Assembly (NCBI GenBank): GCA_951406725.2
Contig: OX597823.1
Location: 66,774,001-66,838,000, forward strand
From: Octopus vulgaris
Taxonomy: Eukaryota
Reading direction: 5' to 3'
DNA length: 64,000 bases
The notes under the pieces were generated by a model, which was not told the DNA's origin, did no database searches, and was given only the letters and a program-made list of their open reading frames with translations. Shown here in pieces: positions 1 to 13,822 of this stretch (position 1 is the stretch's first letter; the number at the start of each line of letters is the position of its first letter). Position numbers and translations under genes: made by a program.

Positions 1-1964
1 GCTTAAAGTCCGTTTTAGAAGAGAAAATAAATTGTAAATTGTTAATTAACTTTATTGATTACTTAATATACATGAAACATTTGTTACGCTACTACATGGA
101 GTATGGTTACCAGTATGTCAATAGGGTAAAAAGTAAAATATTGAATATTTAGTCTATAAACTTCGAGATATCATATCTGTCAAGTTAGAAAACCTCGATA
201 CACATTTGCGAAACACAGTCAGACATATTTACACACATGCATGTATACAAGTACGCGTAAACACACACACACACACACACACAAATACACACACACATTT
301 TGTATTTTGCTTTAACTGTGCTTCATCCGGTATCGTTAATGAAATAAATCATGTCACCTTCTTAGTTTTCTACACCTAATTTATCTAACCAGACGTTTCC
401 TTTACATTTCCTTCAGACAAATAACAATCTCCCGTTTGATACAGACATCAATCAGCTGTCCCCGCAAGCAACAAAAATAAAATCGGTGATTCATGCTTAA
501 AATGATTGGTTCTTCAAAGAAATTCATGTTTATTTTGTAGATGGCGTGTTCATTTCCTCTTTTAAAATGATTGCTATATGTCGCATTCGCATATTTTATA
601 TTTTCTTATTCTCTAAGACGTACGGTATAGTTGACTTAATATTTAAAGTGCTACGTTGAGGACATTAGGTTATACATGTTTACATCTTTGAAATGTTGCT
701 TCTAATTTATAAGTTCAAATCATAATGGTAATATGTGTCTAGCGTTCACGTCGGAGAAAAATAACAGATGATATTGGTTATAAATTGTATTTTCATATCA
801 CTAGTGTTATAATGAAGTTGTCTAGGAAGGCAGACGAGCAATAACGCGCCGCATTTTTAAAATGTTACGGCTCTGATATCATACTGGATATATAATTTCT
901 TTCATTGATGACATACATACAATTGATATATTTAAGACCAGACAAATTCGTTTCCTTACAATTTATACATTGTGTGATTTTCCCATTTGCTTATAGTATA
1001 TACATTATACCATACTGTTCCATTTATTCCATCTTGACGATGAGGTTTTGCTTGCAATTCCATTTTCTATTTGCTCCAAAACAAGAAACGTTAAATAATC
1101 TAGTCCATTCAACACCGTTTTATTATTATGCTACATTAGGAAAACTTTATTTTAGGTGAAAAATAACCATAAAAATAACTTGTCACCAATGAACCATAAC
1201 CCTCATAGTGTATCTGACCTGGTAGCATATAGTCTGCTTTCACTCATTTTTTAAGTGTCTATTAAGTCGAGTGTGCTTACACTTCTGGTCAACACACACT
1301 TGACCAAAAAGAACACCCAGATTTTGGCAGTTGTGGTGAAAGACAGCTGCACTAGTAATCAGCTGGTGGCAAGTGCAGCAGAGTAGATTAAAACTGTTTA
1401 GAATGAAGTACCTTACTCTAAAACAGAACATACAGCAAGTCAATCCCACAAGCTAATCAAAAGACAACTGTCCTTCACATGGACATGAATTATAGTAACT
1501 CTATTTCGTAAACGCTGCACTTCATTGTGGTCGTTTAGCCCCATATTTGCCCCGATTACTTAAGCAATGCAATGATTAAAAGGTCTGGTGTCGCAACCAT
1601 TCCATCTCTTTTAATTGGTAGCGGACCTTATCTAATATGGTTATGAATAACTGTTATTTCAAGCGATAACTGTGTTACATGAAGGTGTTTCTCCTCTTAT
1701 TACTCATGGACTTAGCGAGTGTGTAGGCTTTATCGTGTCTCAGGCATTATTGATCTAATCTATAATCGTTTAAAATCAACGATGGGGGTTGGAGCAAAAA
1801 CAGATTAAACAATTAAGTAGGGAGTTTGTCTTATAACACCACAATTCATCAGGATGTACGTCGCCCCTTAGTCCAAAATGAGTATAACAACCATGACAAA
1901 ACTAATTCATTCTCATGAAGGCAGCATCCGAAATTTTCACAATTTCTTTTCAGGAAAGAACCCG

Positions 1965-2105
1965 AATACATTATTTACATTTTACGGATCTTGTTTGTTG
2001 TTAATACACCCTTTCAGCTGGTATACCCTCCAGCCTTCATCAGGTGTCTAAGGGGAAATTTCGAAACTGGGTTCTCATTCCTAAGGTATTTTTCGATGTT
2101 TTTAT
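1965..2105 (-). mobile_element. Short PLE pseudo-LTR-like repeat carrying a decayed hammerhead ribozyme
   Basis: Minus strand 2047-2006 reads acac-CTGATGA-a-ggctg...cagct-GAAAG-g-gtgt. Stem I (acac/gtgt), the core and stem II are recognisable; stem III and the cleavage triplet are eroded. Confidence 0.55.
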
Positions 2106-2507
2106 TTTAACGGGCAAAAGGACGTAACAGTTAATTTGCTTTTGCCTTTTCTATTTTGTTCTTTCTTTTTCCCATTCCACTTTTTGCTTTTACTCTCCTC
2201 TGATCCTTTCTCGTGTTTTCCGGAAGATCAGTGTCTTTTCTCTTTCCGACGGAAAAATATTTACTATCAGCCATTTTGTATATGTAAGTCTAGCAGACTG
2301 TTTGGCAAAAGGAGGCACGCTATAAGTTCACACGTGCGCAATAATGCGTACACATCTATATTAATGTTAAAGAACAATTGACTTATAATTTAACGCACTA
2401 ATCGGTAAAAATTTTAGAAAAGTAAAAAAGAAATAAGTGGAAATTTTACCAGTCAGTGTGTTAAATTATAAGACACTAAAAGAAAATAACTCTCCCCAAA
2501 CACAACA

Positions 2508-2508
2508 G

Positions 2509-2539
<31 letters not shown>

Positions 2540-2592
2540 GTGTGTGTGTGTGTGTGTATATATATATGTGTGTATATATATATATATGTATA

Positions 2593-2635
<43 letters not shown>

Positions 2636-2760
2636 ATATGTGTGTATATATATATATGTGTGTGTGTGTATATATATATATATATGTGTATATATGTATA
2701 TATATATATATATTGTTAGAATGAAAGAAAATTTTGTATATATATATATATATATACATA
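2508..2760. repeat. Compound (TA)n/(TG)n microsatellite
   Basis: Directly visible; it produces the YIYI/VCVC ORFs. Confidence 0.95.
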
Positions 2761-3167
2761 TAAATAGAATCTCCTGTCAAAGTAATTGTGCAGTATGTTC
2801 GACAAATTTACATGTAAACTGCAAAACCAAGGGCACTGTATACCACATTAAGTACCAAGAAGGAGCTTGCGCGACTAACCCAGAGTGATACATAGGTGAG
2901 ACTTCTAGAAGCATCAATGATAGGTTCAAAGAACACCTGGACAACTACATTGAAAGGAAGCCAAACTCCATCTTCTACCAACATGCTGTAGACTGCCACA
3001 AAGGATCCTTAGAGAAACTTAAGTTGAACATCCTATCAACACATCCCACCGATGCAATGTTGAGACAGGTCACAGAAGCTGATGGTATACAAGAATACAA
3101 ACCTACTCTCAACCGAAAATCCGAATGGAGTAACATCCAGATCCCATTCAGGAGGATTATTCTATAA
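2760..3167 (+). pseudogene. 5'-truncated Penelope-like element: Cys-rich linker plus GIY-YIG endonuclease
   Basis: One frame reads CQSNCAVC...CKTKGTVYHIKY...*YIGETSRSINDRFKEH...QHAVDCH...DAMLRQVTEADGIQEYKPTLNRKSEW. There is one in-frame TGA at 2886-2888, and the fragment abuts (TA)n. Confidence 0.85.
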
Positions 3168-3769
3168 CCACCCCTCTCTCTCTCTCTCTCGTTTACTTGT
3201 AATCCTTACATACATGTTGCAATGCGTATGTGCAGTTATATATAACCGTATGAGCGTACGTTGTTTGATACGTATGTGCGTGTGTGATGCTATATAAAAA
3301 AAAATTTTTTTTTAATGTACATGCGTTTATGCATGCATATATAAATATAAAATACTGTGTCGGATTTTGTATGTATGTGTGTGTAAGTGTGCGTATGTAT
3401 GTTTATGCGTGTGTGTGCGTGTGTGTATACGTGTGTGTGTATGTGTGTAATAGAACATATGTATGTAGAAGTGGATTAGAATATACGAGTATTTTAAGAT
3501 TATATGTATGTTTATGAGTGTGCCTATATGATTGTGTGTACTTGCGTATATGGATATGGTTATATGTGCACAGTTGCACCTAAACGTTGTATCCATTCAC
3601 AGTTAGGCGGTGATGAGAGGAACAAACACACACCCACACACACATATATATATATGTGTGTGTGCGTCTATACAAACATATATGTGAGTATATATACAAC
3701 CTTCAACAAAGTATCAGTCATGTACACAACTTGGACGGACACATGCCAGTACACGGGCATACGTTCACA

Positions 3770-4150
3770 TACACATACACATGTACACACTCTCACAGAC
3801 GCGTCTGCCCATTCTCCTAGACACTCACATACATACGTAGCACACGAGTACAAACATACATACATACATACATACGTATGGGCATACACACGTACATACG
3901 CACGTACATGTACGCACACACATACATGTGCACATGCATACGTGCGCGTATACATACATACGCACATGCGTACGTATGTACATACACACATACATACATA
4001 CATACATACATAAATACATACATACATACATACATACATACATACATACATACATACATACATACATACATACATACATACATACATACATACATACATA
4101 CATACATACATACATACATACATACATACGCACATACATACGTATATATA
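3770..4150. repeat. (TACA)n microsatellite with degenerate CA/TA-rich flank
   Basis: Long near-perfect (TACA)n run at about 3990-4130. Confidence 0.95.
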
Positions 4151-4590
4151 TTTGACCTGAACTAACTAGATGTAGGGAGGGAAAAAAATACAAGTAATAG
4201 TAAAACAAAAGTTCTGTGATATAGAGATAAATGTCTGAAAATAGGTTTTTAGGGTTTTGTTTTCGGGGGTGAGGGTCGTAAATCACTTCCTAGTTTCGGC
4301 GGGGGAGGTTGAAATTTGATATTATTGTGATGAGTGATCAGTCTACATATATCCATCACTACAAGTTTATAGCTTTATGTTTATAGTGTGAATGTGCGTG
4401 CATATACACACACCAACATGTATACATACATACTTACATACATACATACATACTTACATACATACATACACAGGCGTATGTATGTACATACATACATACA
4501 TGCATACATGCGTGTATACATACATACACACATACATACGTACATATATATGACGAACTAACTGTTACTTTCTCAGATGCAGCACGGATT

Positions 4591-4640
4591 TTTGTCAGTG
4601 AACAGGTCGCGGATTTTAGCGACGAAAATATTTTGACAAA
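4591..4640 (+). ncRNA. Type I hammerhead ribozyme variant with G3-C8 core (GUGAACA)
   Basis: tttgtca-GTGAACA-g-gtcgc-ggatttta-gcgac-GAAA-ATA-TTT-tgacaaa. Perfect 7-bp stem I, perfect 5-bp stem II, palindromic minimal stem III (AATATT). Confidence 0.65.
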
Positions 4641-5042
4641 TTAAACTTAAATGTTAAAGTGAATCGAACGGCTTTTGTGTGTTTCTTAAATGGCTTCCAA
4701 ACACCTTCCACGCTGCAATCATATATATATACATATATGTTTATAGATATGTTTGTGTATGTATGTATAAGAAGCCATTTGAAAATAAATTAGCAGAATG
4801 GATTATTGAATAGGTGCTTCTTTTAAACGTAACGATATACACTATATATATTCAATATACATTCTTACAATATATCATATATTGGTGTGCTAGGCTCCGA
4901 TCAAAGTTCATTTACAGAAAGTATTGTGTCTTGTCAATAATCAATGGAACACGTATTCCAAAAGCTCTTATGGTGAAACAGTCATATATCAAAATATACA
5001 AATTTTATTCTCTATATATTTACGTTATATATTTCCTATGGT

Positions 5043-5083
<41 letters not shown>

Positions 5084-8000
5084 TTTACGTATAGAATTTA
5101 TTATAAGCTTTGTGTGCAAAAATATACACATTTGAAATACTGATTTATAATATTCATTTCAAACTTTGAACATATAGATCCTAGAGAGAATAATACGTTA
5201 GTGAACATAAATTAGCGGTTATTACCTTGGATATTTAACTTAACTAGATTCTATGTTTCATTGCTTTCATTGTTCGAATGCTTTAAACTTAGTGCATAAG
5301 GCAGAGAAACTAAATTTTGTAAAACATGTTATGACTCCTCTTTTGAAGTTCCGACTTAGCTATGAATATTCTTCATTGAAAAGTATCAATTTCTTTTCAT
5401 TAAGCAAGTGTTGAATTTTGAAACGAATTTGGAATAGAATATAGAATCCATTGATACTAAGGTTTTAACGGCAGAAAACAATAAGAAATAAAAGAATTTT
5501 AAAAGTAAATAATTCAAAAGCTGTTATCCTAATTATGATCTCCAGGAGTTGGTTTATTGCTTTGTGTACTTGATATGTTTCTTCTGACTAAACACGGAAT
5601 TTCCGTATTGCCCGATGTGCTGTATATAGCAATTTAAATTATTATTCGAAGATTGATCGCCTAAACTTAACGGTAACTCAGGAGTTAATATGACTGGTAG
5701 CTTGCCACACGCTTCTTCTAATTATTGCAAGTAGCTATGCAATCGTGAGCAATGTTAGATGCATTTTCGGCTCTCCCACCCTTAACATTGTGGATACAGT
5801 AGCTGGAGGGAGAGAAAACTGCACCAGAAATTGGTTTGTGCTCAAGGCCAACACCAAAACCATTAGCCCACGTGGCTTTACATGCAAAATTCATTATTGC
5901 AGAAAAATTCTAGTATTCTTGAAAATATTTTATTGGCTTCAACTTGTAAACAAAACGTTATCACAAATTTGGTCTTTCTCCTAAGTTCAATATTTCTGTA
6001 CATTGCACGCTATATATCTCAGAAAATAGTGGTTTCATTTTAACTAAAGGTGCTTTTTCTGTGAGAACGAGCTATAGTAACATTCATAAGATTCTTAAGA
6101 GGCATAGGCAAAAGGGACAGCCGCGATTCGCGCCTCCACTTACCAATATTTTGAACCATGGTCTCTACAATTAAACGTTGTACAGATGGGAAATAGAATA
6201 TTTTCGTTAAAGTAAACTAACCGGAAACTAAAATATTTGGCAGTGTTTAGCTGTTATACTTATGCTCCCGACAGACATTTTATATATTAGAAGTAATATT
6301 ACTTCTCTGGTAACAATATATTTATTACGAGCATATATCTCAGCAGCTGCATTTCACTAAGAGAATACGATTTGTTATAACATGTCAGAAACACTTAAGT
6401 ATACAATAATCAGTGAAGTAAAATTGATATATGTTCGTCTGGAAGTTGTGCAGCATTTATTGTTTGGTCAGTTCCTATATTGCATGTGTTTTGGCACTCA
6501 AATAACTCACCGAGAAGTTGTTATAGTGTTGAAGAAGAATATATTAAGTATGATACATGTGCGTTCACAATTTAGAGAATATGTTAATAACTAAAATGGA
6601 TATTTTATGCATTGTTTTACAGCAAAGTTCTTGTTAAATTAGTTTTATGATTCACAAGTTACACATTCAATTTTCTTTTTCATCTTCTATAAAATAATAT
6701 TAAAAGTAAAGAAGAAAAGAATCGTTTGAATGAAAATATGTCATCTTGAATTACAGCCTTCCAGTAAGTTGGAAAGGTTTTCGACTTTAACTTCATGACT
6801 AAAGAAAATTACGCATGGTCACTAGTAGCATGGAAAGTGTATGGGCAGTTTTGAAAACTTAATGATGTGATCAACAACAATAGTATCGCTTTGATCAAAT
6901 CAATTGGTTTTCTTCTCCCCAGAGCGGGTTAAGTCTCAGGTAATAGTTTATTATTTTTTTTGCTCTAACAGTTTGGGTGCATTTTTATGTAAATTCGTTC
7001 GGCCATTCTTTACCTTCTGCGTCCTATACTTACCTTCTGCTTTTGTCGTTTTGCTTCTGTTTTATCATAGAGGCAAAGCAAATATTTTATACAAATTTTG
7101 TACGATTTCATAAGTGATATATTTGTGTTTTGAAACCAATTTAAAGAGATTATTGTGTAACATTTGTGTGCTACCTCAAGCGAGAACGAATAACTGCGTA
7201 GAAACTCCTTCATCATATTTTGTACCGAATTAGTTTCTTTAATGTAACTCTCGCACTACTTTTCTCTATTATTTATAATTTAAATTAATAACCCCACACA
7301 TTATATTCACATGTACTTCAGTGATTGATAATGAAAGAAATGTGGCCATTTTATTTTAATTGTCTAAATATTCTATCCATTGATTGAATGAGAGAAAATA
7401 ATGATTTATTTTATATTCAACTTTTTAACTATTTTTTTTATTTCAACCTTTCTTTTTTACTCGTTTCTTCTCTTATGAGAGCGGCTCTTTTAATTATAAA
7501 ATAAAACGAAATCAATGCCTTTTCATGAATATTTTTTTCTAATAAAAGAGTATAATAAAAATAGTGCCAAATAACTATTTCGAAACATTTCTTTTTCTAA
7601 AAGGGTAATCTTTACATTTCTCATCAAGCTGAGTAGAATAATATTAAAAGCTGTCATAGTCGTATTAAATGGTATGATTTATTTCATATTAATTATAGGT
7701 TTGCCTTATAGCTAGTAATTACAGACGATCTATTGACACAGCAAACAGATTGACTGGGTTGAGAAATGATGTTTTCACCTTCTCTGTATAAAGCAAACGC
7801 AAATTCGATAAAGGACTGTTTGATATTCTGATATTTAATTCTCTCCAGTGATTGATACATGATACGACCAAACATTTTACACTAACGAATAATGAGAGGA
7901 ATGGCTCACGTTACCTTCTATGAATGTTGCCTATGTTGTCTGTTACGTGATCTATTTCAAGATAGGTTAGAGTAGTATGCTGTTCGTTAATTAATATTTA

Positions 8001-9141
8001 GTAATTTTCCCCCTTTCACAGGATACAATTAACCGATATTTCGGGAGAAAATAGGGAACTCAATGTTGTTGATTTCATATATTTCAAAAGATGTTAATGA
8101 CAATGCTATATAAAACAAATTACTTTCACCTGAGGCGCATGTTGCTCGCCAATGGAATTTTATCACTTTATAAGTGGGCTTCTTGCCAAGCTGTCACAAA
8201 ATTGAGGTTTCTGTAGACTTGGGAGAAGGCTTGATATGTTGATGAGGTTGCGGTTTCTGTTGTTTAACCTCCATACCATCCGTAATAACTTAGTTGTTGT
8301 TTCAGATGAAATCTACGCCGGCTTACAGAAATCAATGCCTCTTATTTTGAAATTGGATTGGCCAACTAATTGGGAATTCCTTCGTTAGCTAGATGATAGG
8401 AGGGAAAAGAGATTATGCGATATGCATACCTTTCAAAAATGGTTTGGTGTTAGTGATGGTGTTGAGATGGTGACATCAGTGGCGAAATGAATGTATTTGC
8501 TTCATCAGGTCTAACATGTAATGTCTCAGATTTATCTCACGACATTTTTGCTGTATGATACCAGCCGCATGATTGTATAATTACATCTTAAAGAATACAG
8601 GGGGACATTAACGAAATAGTTTTACTGAAACAAAAACTTATGAAAGTTTTCCTCTATACTATCGGACCACTTGCTAGAAATATAACTTCGAATCGCTAAC
8701 TTCTGCCATTACAAAACCGAAAAATATATTAGATAACGTAAGCGGGTTTCTAAGAAAATACAGAGATAGTCCCGGCGGGAGTCTCTTTGACTGACGGTCT
8801 GCTCGGTAAGAGCTTGCTAGTGGTTAGGCAACTTCATTCTTAAAGGAATTAACTTAGGTTACTCTACGCATGAAGGAGAGCAGGTTCAACATATGTAAGC
8901 TAATCATTGTTAACGTTGCTATCTAGGCGCGCTGGACACTGCAGTATTCCTTTTACGTATATTTGAGTTCAGAATGTACGACAATACAGATTTATATCTC
9001 GTCCTTCAGTGGTGAATAACATAATATATGCCCGCAGCAAAAACACAATTTATGTATATACAGAATTAAATTATTTCACATACTTCTAACTCTAGATTGT
9101 TTTCATTGCTAACTGCGAACCGGGCAATATCAATATAATCA

Positions 9142-9328
9142 AGGTGGTAAGCTGGTAGAATCGTTGGAACACGGGGGGAAATGTTTTGCGGCATTTCGTC
9201 CGTCTTCACGTTCTGAGTTCGAATTCTGCAGAGGTCGACCTTGCCTTTCATCCTTTCGGGGTCGATAAATTAAGTACCAGTGAAACAGTGGAATCGATCT
9301 AATGGACTAATCCCCTCCCGCAAAATTT
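9142..9328 (+). mobile_element. SINE family A (octopus OK/OR-type tRNA-derived SINE)
   Basis: A-box-like 5' end, B box gagttcgaattc, conserved core gcctttcatcctttcggggtcgataaattaagtacca shared by many copies in the window. Confidence 0.85.
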
Positions 9329-9530
9329 TCTGTAGCTTCCTTTCAATTCATGCGTAGCAAATGACATTTGATGAACGGCAGATGCATAAAAGCCTGTCGA
9401 GTGGCTTACACACTTTGTCACGCTGGTAATACTTGGGAAGTACATTAGTGTTACTCGTAACAGTGGTGCGTGCAGCTAATCACCGATTAATTCAGAAGCA
9501 GATTATTCAGTTGATCAACAACAACTGAGT

Positions 9531-9712
9531 GGAGGCGCAATGGCCTAGTGGTTAGGGCCGCGGACTCGCAGTCGTAAGAACACGGTTTCGATTCCCAGAC
9601 CGGACATTGTGAGTGTTTATCGAGCAAAAACACCTAAGCTCCACGATCTCCGGTGAGGGATGGTGGTGAACCCCGCTGTAATCTTTCACCACAACTGTCT
9701 TTCATTCTTTCT
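9531..9712 (+). mobile_element. SINE family B (tRNA-derived, GGAGGCGCAATGGCCTAGTGG head)
   Basis: A box tggcctagtgg and B box ggtttcgattcc; homologous to the copies at 35158 and 35537. Confidence 0.85.
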
Positions 9713-10109
9713 TCGTACTTCTGTCACAAAGCAGAGGAACCATAGTGTAACCCACTATGGTGTGGTAAACTTTCAGACTCTAGTCTACATTGCGAATCCT
9801 CTGTACCCCAGGATGGTTCAGCTTTCCACCTATTAAAAGCCACTGTTTACGGAATGAAGATAACAACATAGCTTTCGCACCCGTGTAACCGCCAGTCTAT
9901 GGCGTGTGGTGGGTGGATCTTCAAGTTGCCACATGCATTCTTAGTAGCTTAGAGTAGGCTCAAATTAGAGATTATTCTTTGTGGCTAATGGCGTGAGTCC
10001 TGACTGGAAGAAAGAGAAGAGGACAAGAACTGAATCGTCATCTTCAAAGAACGTGACTTACTACATTCACATACAAATTTTGACACGTATCCATCATTTT
10101 GTTTTTCGC

Positions 10110-10293
10110 TTTGAGAGGAAGGAGGAATATATTACGTCTTTCTCAGTACTTCACTGGTACCTATTTTATCGGCCTGGAGATGAATGAAAGTCAAAATCGT
10201 CCTCGGTGGAATTTGTGCTCAGAAAGTAAGGACAGATGAAATAACACTAAGCATTTTGCTCAACGTGTTAGCGATTCTGCAGCTCGCCACCTT
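10110..10293 (-). mobile_element. SINE family A, diverged copy
   Basis: Reverse-complement similarity to 26876-27088. Confidence 0.7.
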
Positions 10294-10600
10294 GCGTTCG
10301 AAAGCGAAAACAATGCAAAATGAGAAGCGCAATATATCCCAGCTATGCATAACAATATCCAATAGTCTGGTCAATAATATGATATTGTATGTGTGTATGC
10401 ATGCGCGCGCCTCTGTATGTGCGCGTGTGCATGTTCGTATTTGACTGCATTTTCATAGCAATTTTATGAGTACAAAAGAAAATATATACCTTCCGTAGGG
10501 CCTACAGTTTCCACTTCTTTGTCTATATTGACATGTGTCTTAAAAGTCGCCGACTTGATCTAAATTATTGATCAACGCAGCCAGCGAAAACAAACATGTG

Positions 10601-10633
<33 letters not shown>

Positions 10634-12204
10634 ATCAATGTGTGCGTAGATATCTATGTATATAATATGTATGTAAACAAACATTTGTTACTTACTGTGT
10701 CCGTTGATCAATAATTTTAGAAGAAGTGGGGAAATTGTTGGACGGAGGCGCACTGGGACACAGAGCAGATTGGGAATTGAAGACACTAAGGAAGATATAT
10801 ATTTAACATTACACTCATAAATAACTATCTTGTGCCATGAAAATCGATCACTAGGCCTAAAACGGGTTAGCTTGTGGCATGAAGAGATGATAGCCTCCTA
10901 CGTTCAAATGATGTATTTGAAATGAAATAAAGCTCAAAGAAATTACAATTTCGAATAATGCGTTTTTGTGTAAGTATTCTAACTCCTTGAACAAGTACTG
11001 AATTCCCCTTAGTATAAGTGTGGGAATGGAGAGAAAAACAGTACACTTTAATGTACAAGGCAAGACAAGAATTTGACGGTGATTGATAATAAAGGAATAT
11101 AGAGATAAATCCATGCAAGTACTAGAGATGATTATCTGTCTCCCAGAATAAAAAGGAAAGTAATATGTAACTGTTGATAAATTCAACGAACTAATACGAT
11201 CGTTTCTTTGGCGAGACTATTTCTAGTATTTTAATGCTATGTTTCCATGAGAATTATTCTACAATACGTATTGCACAGACAATATTACATTAGTAGACAG
11301 TAATTGATTAGTGAGAACTTTATGTTGTAACAATATCCGTTGTTTAAACATGATTGAAATTGTTGATGAATTAACAGCAGTACATTACTGAGACGTATTT
11401 CTGCATCTTTACAGTGGGGTGGTGTGGAAAAGGTGGAAAAAAGAATATAGATGTTTTACATCTCAGCGCATAAGTAAACAGAACAGAAGTAAATCTGATA
11501 CCTTTTCTACTTTTATCTAGTTATAAAGTTACGGAGAGGATTATGATTTCATAAACAAGCAAAAGACTACTAATTTGTACACAAAAAGTATAAGCGAGAA
11601 AATGGACATAATGACTTATTCGTTATCAGAATTACTTTCGTGTTGTATGAGTTGTATGACAGGCGAAGAAAATACCGTTGAGATTTTAACTGAAATTTTG
11701 CAGGACTCTTATAAAACATTTCAGACTAATAAAGTTTGTTTTATCAATAAGCCGTGCTTAGCTCGATTCAAAGACTGCTAAGCATATCGCTGGTTCAGAG
11801 TTTTAACAAATAAAGAGAGATAAAGTCAGACCAAACTCAACCTCGGAAGTATTTTCTATCAGAATTTTAAACTTAAATTATTTGATTTCAAGTAATACTT
11901 AACATATCTATATGTGGAAACAAAGACTCTAGGCTATTGAATACATTGTTGGTAATTTGCTTTGACAGATATGAAAAGATGAAAGCCAAAGCGAACCCAG
12001 CTTTGGAAACATTCTCAATCGGATCATTAAACTTAATCTACGTAAACTATTTGCTTTCAAGAAATAATTAATATAGCAATATCTTATAACGGAAGAGTAT
12101 GGACTATTGAATAGAAACCATAATTTTACTGTCTCTATTTATGACTGAAAATGAAAGAAAATTATAAGACAGCTGACAGTTATTTGGACTTTATACTTGT
12201 TTTA

Positions 12205-12412
12205 AATTTTGGAACAAAGTCAACAGTTTTTGGTAGTGGGGTTAAGTCGATTACGTCGACTTTACGCCGACCTCAGCGTTCAACTCGTACTTATTTTATC
12301 GATTCCGCTATGATGAAAGCAATATCGACCTTGGCAGAATTTGAACTCAGAACACGAAATTCCGCTGAGCATTTTGCCTGGTGTGATAACGACTCTGCTG
12401 GCTCGTCACCTT
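12205..12412 (-). mobile_element. SINE family A, diverged copy
   Basis: Contains tcgaccttggcagaatttgaactcagaac and ends in gctcgtcacctt. Confidence 0.7.
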
Positions 12413-12526
12413 ATTTCGACTTAATATTTAAAAACTAAATGAGCTAGAACGACGAACCTTTTTCAGATAAAAGAAAATAAGAATACAGACTTTGTCTGTC
12501 AGGTTAAGGATATAGTCGATGATATT

Positions 12527-12739
12527 CTTTTCTACTCTAGGTACAAGACCCAAAATTTTGGGGGAGGGACCTGTCGATTAGATCGACCCCAATACGCAAC
12601 TAGTACTTAATTTATCGAACCCGAAGATATGAAAGGTAAAGTCGACTTCGGCGGAATTTGAACACAGAACGTAAAGACAGACGAAATACCTCTAAGCATT
12701 TCGCCCGGCGTGCTAACGTTTCTGCCAGCTCGCTGCCTT
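12527..12739 (-). mobile_element. SINE family A, well-preserved copy with 18-bp TSD
   Basis: Flanked by gatatagtcgatgatatt (12509-12526) and gatataatcgacgatatt (12740-12757). Confidence 0.9.
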
Positions 12740-12840
12740 GATATAATCGACGATATTGATACGTGTATATTACAGGTACGTATATCATTGGGCCCCTCTC
12801 CCTGGATAGAGATAAACAGAGAAAAGTAACGGCTCGTATA

Positions 12841-12876
<36 letters not shown>

Positions 12877-13639
12877 CGTGTGTGTGTGTGTGTGTGCGTG
12901 CGTGCGTGTGTGTGTGTGCGTGCGTGTGTGTGTGTGTGTGTGTAATATAGAAAGCTTCTGAGAATATTCGATTGTATCATATATCTAAACAGCACTTATG
13001 ACTAAAGAATGTTCCTTTCATGAGTTTTATATAGTGGCTAATGTCGACATGTGTTATGCATAGTATATTGATTTCATTTGAACTAGGCACTGATACTTTC
13101 ACATTTGTGGAGAGAAAGCAAACTAATTATTAAATAGCAGTTTTTATATCGTACTTAACGCGGATTTATTAGTATAACGATAAATACTGCGGATTTTGCC
13201 TTGAGATGTCTTCTCAGATAAACGCACGTTGGTAAGATGTTGTCTGCAAGACGCGAACCATCTGGCTTCGGCGCTGGAGCTGTCAGATCTTGTGTTCCAA
13301 AGGCTTTAGATGCCCAGTGAAATAGACTCAAGTGTAGATTAAAAGCATATGAGCTTAGTTTTTGACCATTGTTATTATTATTCTACCCCACTGACACATT
13401 CCCGCAAAACAGGAATGAGACACTTCATTTAGTGGAATTCCGTGTACAATGCCATATTGCCTAGTGGTTGTTATTGGTAGCCGACAGACCAAGGCCTATT
13501 GAGAAAACCTACGTTAAGATATGTTCAAAGCCTCTCTACATAGCCTGTTTTGCTTTAAGATACTGTAGCGGCAGATGCCTTACCCTGCGTTCTTCATTTT
13601 ATAAGGGAACGGGTATTGTGTAATTTTGGTTCCACTTTA

Positions 13640-13822
13640 TGCCACGAGGTCACCAGTTCTGGAGGAGGGGCATAGTCGATTTCATCGACCACGTATCGGA
13701 TAGGTACTTATTTCATTGACCCTGATAGGATTAAAGCCAAAGTCGGCCTCGGCAGAATTTGATCACAGAATGTAAAAACCGGCGAACCCGGTGTGCTAAC
13801 GACTCTGCCTGCTCGCCCCTTT
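13640..13822 (-). mobile_element. SINE family A, diverged copy
   Basis: Contains aaagtcggcctcggcagaatttga and ends in gctcgccccttt. Confidence 0.7.

Noticed and set aside
2886-2888. In-frame TGA in the GIY-YIG domain as a possible selenocysteine codon
   Set aside because: Selenoprotein PLEs exist (Naiads, with an N-terminal endonuclease), but this endonuclease ends its ORF, the TGA is not at a conserved Cys position, and no SECIS was recognised. A nonsense mutation is simpler.
9531-9605. tRNA gene (also 35537-35610)
   Set aside because: A and B boxes are present, but there is no proper acceptor stem and the sequence continues into a repeated SINE body.
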